From Octopus vulgaris (lineage: Eukaryota), in the NCBI GenBank assembly GCA_951406725.2, contig OX597826.1:7998001-8062000 (forward strand): a stretch of DNA of 64,000 bases. The letters are read 5' to 3'. Positions 41,366-56,320 of this stretch are shown piece by piece. A model generated the notes under the pieces. It saw only the letters and a program-made list of their open reading frames with translations, had not been told where the DNA came from and made no database searches. Position numbers and translations under genes: made by a program. Positions within the stretch are counted from its first letter, which is position 1. Each line of letters opens with the position of its first letter.

Positions 41366-41502
41366 CATATATGCATATATACATATATATATATATGCAT
41401 ACATACATATATTTATATGTACATATATGTACACTTTCACACACTCGTATGTGTATACGTATATACATATACGTGTATATACGTGTGTGTGCGTAAGTTT
41501 CA

Positions 41503-41549
<47 letters not shown>

Positions 41550-41665
41550 GGCGCACGTCTTGCTCAATGGATTTGGCAGTTATTGTACAAGCGCATCGAC
41601 ATCTCATATACTCACTTGTGATTCAATCCATACGAAAGCACAGAAATCTTATTTCCTATGTCAGT

Positions 41666-41718
<53 letters not shown>

Positions 41719-42760
41719 TATATACACACACATATATATATATAGAGAGACATATGTAGATATAGAAATATGCATGCATACGTATAAAAATCTTCATGTG
41801 TTTATAAGTGCATGCCTGCAAGACTATGGTGCTAACCTTATAAACAAGTGCACATGTTGCCAATTTAGAATAAATAGCAAAAGCGTAGCCGCTAAGTCAG
41901 AGTCTTTTCATATGATTTCCTTGAAATACACGCGCTAATGTATAAAGGTCAACGTATAATTACCGACGTACTGCTACTACTACTACATGCCAAAGATCAG
42001 TTGTTAGGTATCTGTAAACAGTAAAACTACATCGTGACAAATGCACCTTTATAATTATTAACAAATCGTTGCACTTGGAAAGTGAAATTGTAGTTCATAT
42101 CCAACATTACGAAGAATACTGCATGTCAAACCTTAATTAACAGTTACCCTCCAACTAAATTTTCTATTCAATTACATAGGAATGGAAGTAGTGAGTGGTT
42201 ATAATCCACGGGATCACGAAGACATCACTGAAAAACACCGTGTTTATCATAGTGCATCACGGGTAAGAAATCTTGGTAGAAATAATGGTAATGTAAGAGC
42301 TTTGGCATGTGAAATGAGATAGAGATTGAAGTTAACGAAACACTTGTCGATGTTTTAACATTCATTGGATGCGTATTGAGATGGTTTGAACCAAAGTGAC
42401 ATAGAATCTTCAGCAAGATGGGCAAGAATTTGAGTGATAAATTCCTTCAGCAGAAAAATAGTACTGCACAAACCATATATGGCCTGCAGACTTGTAACCT
42501 ATCATTTTAGTAAAATATGTAATGAGGGATGGCTAGACTGAAGTGGATGGTTTGAGAGAAGCGCGGAACATTCATTTTTCCAATCAAGTATGGAAGCTTT
42601 CCCATTCGTTAAGTGTTGATACATTTTAGTTACCAGGATATCAACACAAATATCTAATTTTGAGTTTCTGGAATGAATTAGATTCCAGTTTGTATGAAAC
42701 AACTCATATGTGATTCAAGGGCAATCCAGTTCAACCAGATTTAATGAGTATGTTATATAA

Positions 42761-42833
<73 letters not shown>

Positions 42834-42979
42834 CAAAGCAATTAAGATTCAAGTAACTTCCAATGAATTTACTTGAATGTGGTACTTAACTTAGATGCAC
42901 CAGAAAAACTATATGGTGTTATCCATACAGTAATGTGGGGTGATTATAAACGAGAAAGAAGCAACAAGAATGGATTGGT

Positions 42980-43070
42980 TTTTAGTACAATTGTTTCATA
43001 CAAAGACAGGCTTTATTACAAGTTGCAAAAATTGCAGCAGATAAAAGTGTCCCGTACTCATCAGCTAAAA
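42980..43070 (-). ncRNA. Type I hammerhead ribozyme motif, canonical core
   Basis: TTTTAG-CTGATGA-GTACGGGACA...TGTCTTTGTAT-GAA-ACAATTGT-A-CTAAAA; 6-bp stem I, palindromic stem III, GUA triplet. Confidence 0.8.
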
Positions 43071-43183
43071 TACATTTGAGTTCTCTAGACATCTTAGTGG
43101 GTGAGGTTATACTCATGAAATATTGGAGATAGTTCCATTAGAGGCAGATATAGGTTGTAAACAGTTTTCCAAAGTTCCTTAAT

Positions 43184-43388
43184 GATGATGCACAGTCTTA
43201 TCACAGATTTTTAAAAACTTATTAGTTTCGAAGAGAAGATGAATCAATCCATAGTGTAGATTTAAATTTCCAGAGATATGAGGAGGATGATGCACAGACT
43301 TATCACAGGTTTTTAAAGACTTATTAGCTTCACAGAAAAGGTGAATTAATCCATAGTGAAGATTTACATTTCCAGTGGTAAGATGAGG
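43184..43388. repeat. Diverged tandem duplication, 102-bp unit x2
   Basis: GATGATGCACAG at 43184 and 43286 with colinear similarity. Confidence 0.8.
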
Positions 43389-43532
43389 AATTTCATACTC
43401 ACAGACGATGTATTTAACCATTATTAATCCACAATCATTTCATGCTATATGATAAGGTAATTTGTCATGTTATTGCTCTCCGTGCAAAACTAGCAGTTTA
43501 ACACACACACATATATATACATATACATATAT

Positions 43533-43738
43533 ACGACGGGCTTCTTTCAGTTACCGTCTAACAAATCCACTCATAAGGATTTTGGCCGGCCCGAGGCTAT
43601 AGTAGAAGACACTTGCTCAAGGTACCACGCAGTGGAACTGAACCTAGAACCATGTGGTTGGTAAGTAAGCTACTTACCACACATCCACTTCTATTCCTAT
43701 AAAACTACGCTACTTACCACACAGCCCCTCCTGCGCCT
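43533..43738 (-). mobile_element. SINE family A, 5' half with duplicated 5' terminus
   Basis: GCTACTTACCACAC occurs twice (about 43669 and 43709). Confidence 0.8.
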
Positions 43739-43873
43739 ATATATTTTTTTTCCGTAATGAGATAAAAAACCAAGACTGTAAATTTTAGAACATTTATAAA
43801 ATGTTCTATTTATAAATGTTCAAAAATCTACACTGCCTTGGTTCTTTTATCTCATTGCGGAAAAAAATGTTTA

Positions 43874-43929
<56 letters not shown>

Positions 43930-44022
43930 AATGTATATATATTACATGTATATATATATATGTGTGTGTATATACATATATATATATATATATATATACT
44001 TATATTTATATATATATATACA

Positions 44023-44122
<100 letters not shown>

Positions 44123-44140
44123 CATATTTATATGTATATA

Positions 44141-44171
<31 letters not shown>

Positions 44172-44826
44172 ATATGTGATAAAGATTTCGTATAACAAAA
44201 TGATCAGATATTTCAAATTGCTATGGTTGTTATAGCTACCTGTGTCATTGTACTTCAATAAATCAACCTGATTATGTGATATGTCTGTCATGATTGAGCA
44301 TCTTTCTAAATACGAAGTTTGTATTTACAAAGTTATATCATTGATATTCTGGCATGTCCAAGTATAATCATAAGTTTCCTAAACGTCCATAACCGTACTA
44401 ATGCTTTTATCTATGTAATGGTACGTATATACATACATGCATATATATGTATGTGTGTGTGTGTATTCATATATATATATACATATAATTGTGTGTGTAT
44501 GTGTATGTATTATGTATTTTGTATGTAGGAAATGATTAATATTACTTTGGATGTTATCGCTGTCTGTGCCAACTAACTTCGATAAATCTTCTGGCAAGAC
44601 GAATTATTTTTTCAGAAAAATTCTGAAGGTTATTTCGCAGTTGTTTACATTTTCGGTGAAATGTATATAAACACACACCCAAACACATATATGACCGTAT
44701 ATATATATATTTTTATATATATATAAATAAATAAATAAATAAAATATATATATATATATATATGTATATATAAAATATGAATTTGCCTATTATTATTATT
44801 ATTGTTGTTATTATTATTATTATTAC

Positions 44827-44905
<79 letters not shown>

Positions 44906-45054
44906 GTTTATATTAATTTTCTTAGAGATTTTACATGTTTCGGTTCTTCTTGAGTAAACGAACCTTATCAAAAATATTTTTAAAAGTTAAGTGTAATAAA
45001 AAAGTTCATAATTGTTTCTTACTAGTCTCAAAAGAGTCCACGTGGTGTGTATAC

Positions 45055-45088
<34 letters not shown>

Positions 45089-45281
45089 GAAAGGAAAAAT
45101 TATAAATAATAAATCAAATCGGTTTCCCTTCTTTTGAAAACCGGTTTGATTTATTGTTTTTTTTTAATTCTTCATACACCCATTTTTATTAAAATTTGCT
45201 TTCAATTTAGCATTCCGCCTTATAATTGTTCCTTTCGTACCATTTCTCCACGTGCGGTTAACACAACCCCACTATTTACTG

Positions 45282-45376
<95 letters not shown>

Positions 45377-45599
45377 GACAGAGAGAGAGAGAGAGAAATT
45401 GAAGCTACAGTAGCGTAGATAATGCCACTTGCTAAAACCAGAGTCATTGCTCCAAAAAGCCCATAAAAATTACGAAAAAGTTACACTCGAGTAATAACTC
45501 TACTGAATCTCAAATTACTTTATATTTTGCCTGTAAAGGTGTGAACTTACTAGCCACCTTATTACTATAATAACTTCTTTATATATGTATATTGTATGT

Positions 45600-45750
45600 A
45601 ATCTAGTAATGGGCTATCTCGAAATTAAACTATACTAGAGAACACTCGAGAAATATGGAAACTCCTTTTCCACCTAGATTCAAGACAACTGGAAAAGATA
45701 TCTCGACGACTGCTTCGTCCTCTGGAATGAAAGTGTAGAAAAACTCAACG
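45600..45750 (+). pseudogene. Penelope-like element reverse transcriptase fragment
   Basis: Manual translation: NLVMGYLEIKLY*RTLEKYGNSFST*IQDNWKRYLDDCFVLWNESVEKLN, matching the PLE-type NLxMGxLE and WxRYxDD motifs. Confidence 0.8.
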
Positions 45751-46180
45751 TCCCACTCCAGAGCTATTTTGGCCATTTTTTCTTTTGCACTTCAAAACCA
45801 TGGGAAGAGCATTTTCGGTAAAAAAATTTTTTTAATATTGTTAATATTTTCAGAGGGAAAAGTGTGTGATTTAAGGGCCTCTTGGCTGTTGTTTCTAGCA
45901 CATCTAAAGACATCCCTCCTCGTTTCTTTATAGCTCTCACATGTATTGATGTTTTTTCAATATTTTCACCATAAATACATTTATATGCCATAAAAAATGA
46001 AAATTTGAGAAATTACGAATTTTTTGCAACACCTCTTCCTGTGCCCGATTGTTTCTGTTTAGAAAAGGCTTCAGAGCCTGAGGATGTCATTGCTGGCGTT
46101 TATCCACAAGGATTTTTTAAAAATTACGGAGATGTACTTGCATTGCAAGTGACTTGATCTGGGATCGTGTGCTGAAACAA

Positions 46181-46785
46181 AAACAATTGCAGCGTGGAAG
46201 ATATTTCAAAGACAAAGAAGAACACACAAAAACAGTTTCACTTCAACGTTTAAATTTCATGTGTGTCAAAATAATTTTCTCGATTTGAAACTGCGACCTG
46301 TTCCCTGACAAAACTTCACAAAAGTAATGCAGCTCGAAGTCTTGTCAGTGTTTCAAAATTTTGTCACGGTTTCAAAATAACGAAAATATTTTGGCAAAAA
46401 TGAAATTTAAATTTCGTTTTTGGATTTGGTTTGCAAGATTCTTTATATGAGTTCGTGTGTTGAAGCATATTCTGTTGTGTCTGGGGAGAATCATTTTCTT
46501 TTTGTGCCTTATAATGTAACACACTCACCGGTAAAATTTCCACTTATTTCTCATTTTTATTTTCCTAAAATTTTCGTTGCCTCTTGCAACCTTTTCAATT
46601 GTCTTAGGAAAATAAAAATAAGAAATAAGTGGAAATTTTACCGGTGAGTGTGTTACATTATAAGGCACAAAAAGAAAATGACTCTCCCCAGACACAACTG
46701 AAATTTAAATGTTGTAGTGAAACTAACTGGTTTTGTGTGTTTTTGAATGACTTACAAACATCTGCCACGCTGCAATTTTTGTTGA
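46181..46785. mobile_element. Fold-back element F, interrupted by family E
   Basis: AATTGCAGCGTGG / CCACGCTGCAATT arms; centre CTGACAAAACTTC..GAAGTCTTGTCAG. Confidence 0.7.
46412..46698. mobile_element. Fold-back element family E, copy 2, with 11-12-bp TSD
   Basis: TGAAATTTAAA(T) at 46401 and 46699; palindrome about 46473-46698. Confidence 0.88.
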
Positions 46786-47680
46786 TTTAAAAAAGAGCTA
46801 TGTAAACGATAATTCATTTTAATAGCATACTTTTCGTTTAGAAAACGTTTTTTCTTATAAACACACACACGACTTCGCTTGATTCGGGTGGCGGTAAAAA
46901 TTTAGATTACAATTTATTTTGTTGTTTTTCTTCCACCAATGGACCTCGCGTGTGTTACGTGGCATCATCATTCCATAAAATGTGTTTAATAAGAGATAAA
47001 TATCGAAAAAACATCAATACTTGTAAGAGTGAAAAGGGAGGGTGGTTTGAGTTGTGCTAGAAACAACAGCGAAATCTTCCTTGAATTGTTCACCTTTTCC
47101 TCTGAAAATATTTACAATTTGTTTTTTTTTTTGTTTTTTTTACTGAAAAGGCTCTTCTCATAGTTTTTAAGTTAAGAGGAAAATGGCCAAAATCGATCCG
47201 GATAGTTATTATTGTAAGGCTTATAGCGTTCCAAACAGCCATAACAACAAACTCATTTTTTAATTGTTTTTACAAAATTTATACGGGTATTTTTAAAAAT
47301 TCATTCAATAAGTAATGTTTTTACATTACTTATACATTAATAGAATAAACTGTCGGTTTTCAAAATAGCGAATTAAAACTTGAAATGAAAACATTAAAAG
47401 AGAAGGGAGAGGCTTTGCAAATGAAAATGGAATGCTGCGCAGTGAATTCAATGAATATTCAAATTTGTGAAGAATTGGACGCTGTGAATGCAATGAATAT
47501 TTAAATTTGCGAGAAATTGGAGTTAAAAAGTTCCATAAAGTTGAGAAATCGAAAGTTTAGGTAATTTATTAGAACATGGATTTATAAACATATTTCCAGA
47601 TGGTCAACGCTTTGCTAATTGCTTTCTTTTATTAATTTTAGTAATTTTAGCTACATACCTAATTAATAAGCTGCTTTCTC

Positions 47681-47802
<122 letters not shown>

Positions 47803-48545
47803 TATTAATAAAGAAAATATCAACCAAAACTGTCCTTCGAACGTGAACGTAAAACTCTGAGTAACAGTTTTTGTGATGTCTTTGCAGCTTTATAAATAAA
47901 GCATATAACTCTACCTCCTGTATTCGAGTAATGTTTTTTCCACCTTGATGGACTTTTTTCCCCCAGCGTTCACTATTTTCCTCTCGTTCTGGTCTAACGA
48001 CCCTTCACTTTTGTTTTCGTTCGGTTTCGTTGTCTGTCTCCACTGTCACGTTTTTGTTCCCAACTTTGACCCTCCATAAATCCTAAATTTTATTTTAGAA
48101 TTTATGGGAACAAATGTCTTTAAAGACTCATATTGTCGTTGAATGCTCGAAATGGGGAGTAGATGACAGGCGACAACTGATGAAGAGCCGCTTCTCTGCG
48201 TTTACTTGCTCAGGGAGTCACTGTTGCTGTCTCTGGCGTGTGCAGTAGAAGATCTAGCTAACAAATCTAAGAGTACCTGTAATCAGTGATTTTTGTATAA
48301 CTACGGCCTCTATAACTAATCCTCGACCCGTATTGTTATCCCCGATCAATTAGTGACAAATGAGACATAGCTCACAATTACACAATATCGTGTTATTTTG
48401 GATCATTGATAAGCAAGTTAGTTATAATGTAAATCAGACGAGTAAATCAGAGATGCACATCGAAAATGAAGGCATTTCAAAATACAAATGGCTAAGGTTT
48501 TAAAAAAATGGGTAGACAGATATGTGTTAAATTATATATATAGAA

Positions 48546-48651
<106 letters not shown>

Positions 48652-48655
48652 ATAA

Positions 48656-48694
<39 letters not shown>

Positions 48695-48876
48695 CAAATA
48701 TCCTAGAAACAGCTGTAAGACCTATCTATAAATGCTCTAATACCACACAGCCTTGTTTTTTATTTTATCACGCAAAAAATTCTTCATGTATGTATATATA
48801 TATACATATATACATACATATGTATATATATATATATATAAATATATGTGTGTGTGTGTGTAATATATATATTATA

Positions 48877-48939
<63 letters not shown>

Positions 48940-50207
48940 GCGCATATATATGTTGATGTTGATGTATAGATCATTGTCAGTAAATGATTGAATGTCTGCG
49001 TAGCAGTATCGGAGTAAGGGTAGATATACAAATACAACAACGCATATTTATATAGGTGTATGCATGCAATTTTTTTTTGTAGTTATTCACGCGATCATAT
49101 GTGATTTTCTGCGTATGTGTGCGTATCTATGCGAGTGTGTAAGTGTGTGTGTATGTGTCCTTTAATGTAAACAGACACCATGCCACTGTAGGACTTCGTG
49201 GTTTCATCATTTATTTATTCATTTATTTATGATACAATTCTCGGTGTCATGTACTGAATAAATGATCAATGAACATCCATTCTGCAAGCGCAGGGACCTT
49301 CTCGTTCAATAGTAACAAACAAATATGGCCGCTCCGCAAAACAAAAGAGCCGCTAGTTGACCTTTTTCAGTTTGCCCCTTCTATGCATATGTATGGTTAC
49401 ATACGTATGTTTATGTTCGCATGTCTTTCTGTCTATACGTATGTATGTTGTTTTTTGTACGTCTGTATGTATGTATGCATTTATGTATGTACGTATATGT
49501 ATGAATGTATATATTTACAAATGTTTTTATGTCGTATACGCAGGCAAGCGCGTAAACACATGTACTGACTGACATATGTGTATATATGTATACACACACT
49601 CACACACACACACATATGTACGTATGCATGCATGTGTATATGCGTATATATACATTTGTATATATGAATATATATATTCATATACGTATGTATGTATTAA
49701 TAGATACCTTTTTACATGTATATATACACATATATATATCAATATATATTTATAGAACTATATAATTATATATATATTATATTTTGTGTATGGTATGTAT
49801 GTGTGTGTGCGCGAGTGTGTGTGTGTGTGTGTGTGTAGAAATATATACACAGACTCACACAAGCACACCCATAGAAATATACTTATACGGTTTGTAAACT
49901 GTGTACGAATATACATATGCATCAATGGATGGATGGATGTGTGTTAAAACCGCAAACAATGGCTTTGAAAGAAACTCAGAAAGGTCAGGAGAATTTTTGA
50001 AGAATGTTAATCAAAGGCCGTCACGGATATTATACTTTGATACACCAAACATGACCCACCCACCCCCGCCTCAACCAAAACACATACATACGCGTACATA
50101 CATATATATATATGCGCGCTCACATACACGAGCACACACACCGACATAAATACATAGAGATATGTACACACATAGAGACTTATTTGCTGCTACATGTATG
50201 ACCCCTC

Positions 50208-50257
<50 letters not shown>

Positions 50258-50271
50258 TATACATATACATA

Positions 50272-50322
<51 letters not shown>

Positions 50323-50345
50323 ATATATGTATATATACATATATG

Positions 50346-50398
<53 letters not shown>

Positions 50399-50422
50399 TA
50401 TGTATATATATATATAAATACA

Positions 50423-50457
<35 letters not shown>

Positions 50458-50463
50458 GTATAT

Positions 50464-50518
<55 letters not shown>

Positions 50519-50645
50519 CATATATATACATATACATAATTATGTACATATATATATGCGGGTGTATGTGAATATACATATTCATATATGTGTACGTGTG
50601 TTCATGAGTGCAAGAGAAAAGACCCAGAGAGAGAGAGAGAGAGAG

Positions 50646-50712
<67 letters not shown>

Positions 50713-51734
50713 GCGTGTGTATGTGCGCACATACTCGCCCTGAAACATATACATACCTCCCCATATATATCTATACGTGCTGTCGTGTGTTTTAGTTCGT
50801 TTAGCGGTTTCGTTCTTGCCGTGCGTTCATTCATGCTCTGCTCACGTGTTGCGATCGCTCTTTCTGTTTATTGTTGTTGCTATTTTCATGATTGTTGTGG
50901 CTCTTATCGTTGCTGCTGCTGCTGCTGTAAACATTGCAGCTTTTTTTTTTTTTGTTGTTGTACTTTCCGGGGACGGTGGCTAAAATCGAATGGCAGCGAG
51001 CGAGCGAGTAGTGGGGGAATTTCACGTTGTTCTTATATATTATTTAGCGAGAGGACTTACCAATGTTGCTGTCCGCATTGTTTGTTGTTGATGTTCTTGT
51101 TGTTAATTGTCTTTAATGTTTTCATAATGTCTAAGTTTTTTTGCACTGATGACGTCATGCGGGTGTGATGGACGACGGTAGCGCTTGAGGTAAAAATTGG
51201 TGGATTTCGTTCTGATGGCTGTCATTCATAGTGGCGGTGGTGGTGGTGATGGTGGTGGTGGTGGTGGTGGTGGTGGTGGTGGTGATGGTGGTGGTGGTGG
51301 TGGTGGTGGTGGTGACGTTGCTGGTAGTGGGGACGAGGGTTACCCGGTGAGGGTGTTAAAGGATGAAGATGATGATGATGAGCATATACATATATATTTA
51401 TATATATATATGTACGTGTAGATATATATATATATATATATATATACATACATATATATATATATATACGTATAAATGTATGTATACATATATATCTATA
51501 TATATACATACATACATATATATATGTATATATATTTATATATATATATATAAACATATTTATATGTATATTTTTGCATATTCATTTGTACATATATATA
51601 TATATATTAGGGGGTGTATGTATATATATGTAGATAGATAGATAGATAAATACATACAGACTTACATACATACATACATACATAGAAAGAAAGATGGATA
51701 GATAGACAGATAGGTAGATATATATATATATATA

Positions 51735-51788
<54 letters not shown>

Positions 51789-51931
51789 TAATGCATGTAA
51801 GTATGTGTATGTACTAGTGTATATACATACTTATATACACATATATATATATATGAATGTGTATATATATTTATATATATATATGAATGTGTTTATGCAT
51901 ATATACACACACACATATACACACACACACA

Positions 51932-51981
<50 letters not shown>

Positions 51982-52464
51982 TGTATATATAAATGTGTAT
52001 GTGTATATATTTGGCCTGTTTGCTGTTGATGTCGCCATTCTTAAAGTGAATGTTGATATCTCCGAGGATAATGATGAATTTGGTATAACTATTGTTCTCA
52101 TTGTTGTTCTTGTTGCAGCCAACGTTATTCTTATTATTATTGATATTGTTGTGGATGGTATTGTTATTGTCGTTGGTGTTGTTTCTTGACGTTTTGCCTT
52201 CTTGATTGTGCTGTTGTTGTTATTATTGCTGCTGCCTCTGTTGTTGTTGTTGTTGTTGTTATTGCTATAGTTGAAAATCAGGTTATTGTCATCTTTGTAT
52301 ATACATGTTATTGTAATAAAACAATGGCTGTGTATCCCACACGGAATGGAAAACTGGAGAATGAAGAGAAAACTGAAAATGGTTTGAAATCTGTTCATGA
52401 AATTCAGGGCAGTGAAAAAATTTTATGTATATATATATATTTATATATGTATATATATATATAC

Positions 52465-52547
<83 letters not shown>

Positions 52548-53330
52548 TATATACATATATATACATACATATATACATATTCATATATATATATATATAT
52601 ACATACCTATATATATATACACCTATAGTCTGTGTCTCTTTCCTTGCCTCTGTTTCTTCTCCCACTCTATCACATTTCTCCGTTTTTCTTACTTTGCACC
52701 ATTATTTCTATTGCTAAGCCAATCCTGTTTCTTCTCCCCTCTTCAATTCCTTCCTTCTCTCTCTCTCCCCCTTGGTGCCTTCGTCCCTTTCTTTCTCTCT
52801 CTCTTTGATTCCTTGCCCCCTGCTTTTCTTTCTCTTTTTTCCGTCCTCTCACGTGACCGCCTTCAAACTGGTCTTTCCGGCTTGACCGCTGCCACGTTAA
52901 CACTTTTGTCCTCGTTTGCCGCAAAGGCATTTTTCAAATACGCCAGCCAAGATAAGTTAAAAATTGTCTGAAGTCGTAAGACACCCGCTGTTCTGTCCTG
53001 TTATTACTATTCTTGATTTTTATTTCTATTTTTTGTTTCTTGTATTTATATTCGTGTGGCATCCTGTCCTTGTTTCGTATACATTCGATCCTCTTTCCAA
53101 GAAAACTAATGCCCATAGCTTAGTTTTTCTTTGGGGATGGCCGTATCGGAGCGATATCGAGGATTAATCAGCCGAAATTGCTAAGATGATGCGGTTCCCG
53201 ACTGAAGATTAGAGGCTTCGAATGGCCCGTCTGTTTTTTTTGTGCCGTCTCTTTGTGTGTTTTTGCGTTCTTGTCCCATTTTGTAATTTATATTTAATTT
53301 CTATACATATATATATATACATATATATAT

Positions 53331-53413
<83 letters not shown>

Positions 53414-53569
53414 TACAGATAGATACACACACACGTACATGTTTACATGTATGTCTGTGTGTATGTGTTCATGAATATGTGTACAGACAAAGTACGGGTA
53501 GGAAGGTGGGATATTGCACATATGTGAGAAAGGGTAAAACATCGATGATAATACTAACGTAGACAGAGA

Positions 53570-53611
<42 letters not shown>

Positions 53612-53664
53612 AAGATATAAAGAAAGAAAGAAAGAAGGAAAGAAAGGAAGAAATAAAGAAAGAG

Positions 53665-53880
53665 GCTATGCTGGAGCAACGCCTTTAGTCGATCAAATAA
53701 ACCCGAGGACTTATTCTTTCTAAGACGAGTACTTATACTATCGGTCTCTTTCGCTAAAACTCTAGAATTTGGGGACATAGACACTCAGTTATATACATAC
53801 ATACATACATACATATATATATATATGTGTGTGTGTGTGTATGTACGACGAGCTTCTTATTACACAGCTGCGCCAGCGCC
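53665..53880 (-). mobile_element. SINE family A fragments
   Basis: GGCTATGCTGGAGCAACGCCTTTAGTCGA...TATCGGTCTCTTTCGC. Confidence 0.7.
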
Positions 53881-54006
53881 TATACACACATACATACATA
53901 CATACATACATACATACATACATACATACATACATACGTACATACATACATACATACATACATACATACATACATACATACATACATACATACATACATA
54001 CATACA

Positions 54007-54039
<33 letters not shown>

Positions 54040-54116
54040 CTATATATATATATATTTATATATATATATATTAATATATATATTTATATATATTTATATA
54101 TATATATACATATATG

Positions 54117-54989
54117 GGATCTTTTCAATTCTGAAGCCAGTTTTTTCAAATTTTTCCTACTGAACCAAACAATTTGAAATTTCGTATACTGGTAGAATGT
54201 GTCAAAAGTAAACTTAATTGTAAACCAGAATGAAAACGGAATTGTAACTTCTAAGTTTAACGTTGTTTAATAATTAGAATTTTAACCAATGATATTCCGT
54301 CATTCGGCTTTATTTTATTTACTCCAATTTCGTGACGTATTAAACATCTTAAATGTAAACAAGCCGCATGTCTCCGTGAAATCTCCTTCTAATTATTTAA
54401 CGTACTCATGTTTCCAGGATCCTATAGTCAGCCACCTTCTAATAACAATATTTAAAACTAGTTAATAAGCCACATGTATTAAATTGAAAATGTTTCCATT
54501 CTGTTAGTACTTGCTTTCGTTTGCTATTAAGAAGTGGCATCTAACAAGAGGCTTCTAACAAGATTTCGTTTCTAAGCTAATGCGTTTCATTTCACTTATT
54601 GTATTTATTTGTGCAAAAGGCAAGAAATTTAATATTAAAAAAGCAAGAGCTGGCAGAAACGTTAGCACGCCGGGCGAAATGCGTAGCCGTATTTCGTCTG
54701 CCGTTACGTTCTGTGTTTGTTTACAGTTTTCCGAACGTTAGTACGTCACAAAAGCGCTTTCTACGTCACACTAATAGAATGCAGTCAAGTTTTACACATG
54801 AAAACAAACAATCTGATTGGTTAAAATTCGCAGTTTTAATCTACGATTAAAGTTATAAAATAGATTTTTCTCAAATAAACTAGTTCCAACCTGTGTCTTG
54901 TTTTGCTAGACTCTATCAGCATACGAAGTTTCAGAATATTTAGTTAAGTAGAAAGATCTGTGGTCCTGGCTTCAGAATTGAAAAGATCC
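54117..54989. mobile_element. Non-autonomous DNA transposon, GGATC...GATCC TIRs, perfect 8-bp TSD (Merlin-like), with a SINE B head inside
   Basis: GGATCTTTTCAATTCTGAAGCCAG / CTGGCTTCAGAATTGAAAAGATCC; CATATATG on both sides; subterminal TTCGTATACTGGTAGAATGTGT shared with 2042-2440. Confidence 0.88.
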
Positions 54990-55392
54990 CATATATGTAT
55001 AAATGTACGATTATGTGATTATGTGTATATGTGTGTATGGAAGTGAGTATGGATGTGTGTGTGTGCGTGTGTAAGAATGCGGCTGCGAGTGTGTGTGTGT
55101 CTGATTATATGCTAAGCGTTTCAATCAGAATCGCAAGTCTCACATGAATGCGAAGGAAAATAACCAGTACTTTTTCTTTCTCTTTTGTTGCCCGCCAGAA
55201 ACTTGTATACCACACTTGGCCAAACTTCAGTGCAAATATTTTACTTGTTTCAGTAATCAGATTGCGGCCAGTCTGGGGCACCGCCTTGGCGAATATTTTT
55301 CAGTCGAATGAATAGACTGCAGTACTTTGATTTAGAGCCTGGTACTTATCGATTTCTTTTGGCGAACCGCTATATCACGGGGACTTATACAT

Positions 55393-55513
55393 AGGCGTAG
55401 GAGTGGCTGTGTGGTAAGTAGCTTACTTAAGAACCATATGTTTCCGGGTTCAGTCCCACTGCGTGGCACCTTCGGCAAGTATCTTCCACTATAGCCTCGG
55501 CTCGTCGTATATA

Positions 55514-55559
<46 letters not shown>

Positions 55560-56320
55560 GTAATAAATAAAATATATGCATACATACAAACATATATGTA
55601 CGTACCGACATCTACATATATATATACATGCATATATAAATATATATACGTGAGTACAGGACACCACAACTAGACGTAGAACTCAACGAAAAACGAAAAC
55701 GGACAAGCCATTTTTTTACAACAAAAAAACAGAGACGAAACGAAAACGGGAAAACATTATTTTTACAACAGAAAAGCAAGGTACAGGACACACCACACAA
55801 GGAAAAAATCCCAAATCATCAGCTGTCACTAGCAGACTCAAGCGTGTTTCGAAGGCAAGACAGGTCACGACTCGTCAATAACTAGCCCTTCCTGCGAGAG
55901 AATTAAAATAAAATAACCTCGCAGAGGGGTAAAACAAGCACGAACAAATGTAACACAAACGGGACGTAACAATAGAACTGCACAATAAAATACAAGATAA
56001 AAATACAAAATGAAAAGTACATGTACAAGAAAATACAATACGAGAAATCAAAATAAACAAGATATATATATATATATATATACATATATGTGTGTGTGTA
56101 TGGTTGTGTGTCTGTGTTCGTCCCCCCAATATCGCTTGACAACCGATGCTGGTGTGTTTACGTCCCCGTAACTTAGCGGTTCGGCAAAAGAGACCGATAG
56201 AATAAGTACTAGGCTTACAAAGAATAAGTCCTCGGTTCGATTCGCTCGACTAAAAAGGGGATGCTCCAGCAAGGCCACAGCCAAATGACTGAAACACGTG
56301 AAGATTAAAGAGTAAAGAGA
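55393..56320 (+). mobile_element. SINE family A split by an insert (about 55650-56060) in its internal microsatellite
   Basis: Head GGCGTAGGAGTGGCTGTGTGGTAAG at 55393; 3' half at 56090-56320. Confidence 0.8.

Larger units (their letters stand above)
45757..47201. mobile_element. Long inverted-repeat element (arms about 230 bp) with nested inserts
   Basis: 45757-45988 is a diverged reverse complement of 46975-47201 (ATTTTGGCCATTTT / AAAATGGCCAAAAT; GCTGTTGTTTCTAGCAC / GTGCTAGAAACAACAGC). Confidence 0.65.

Noticed and set aside
42000-42740. Possible degraded Penelope ORF (also 18050-18420)
   Set aside because: No convincing RT or GIY-YIG motif by manual translation
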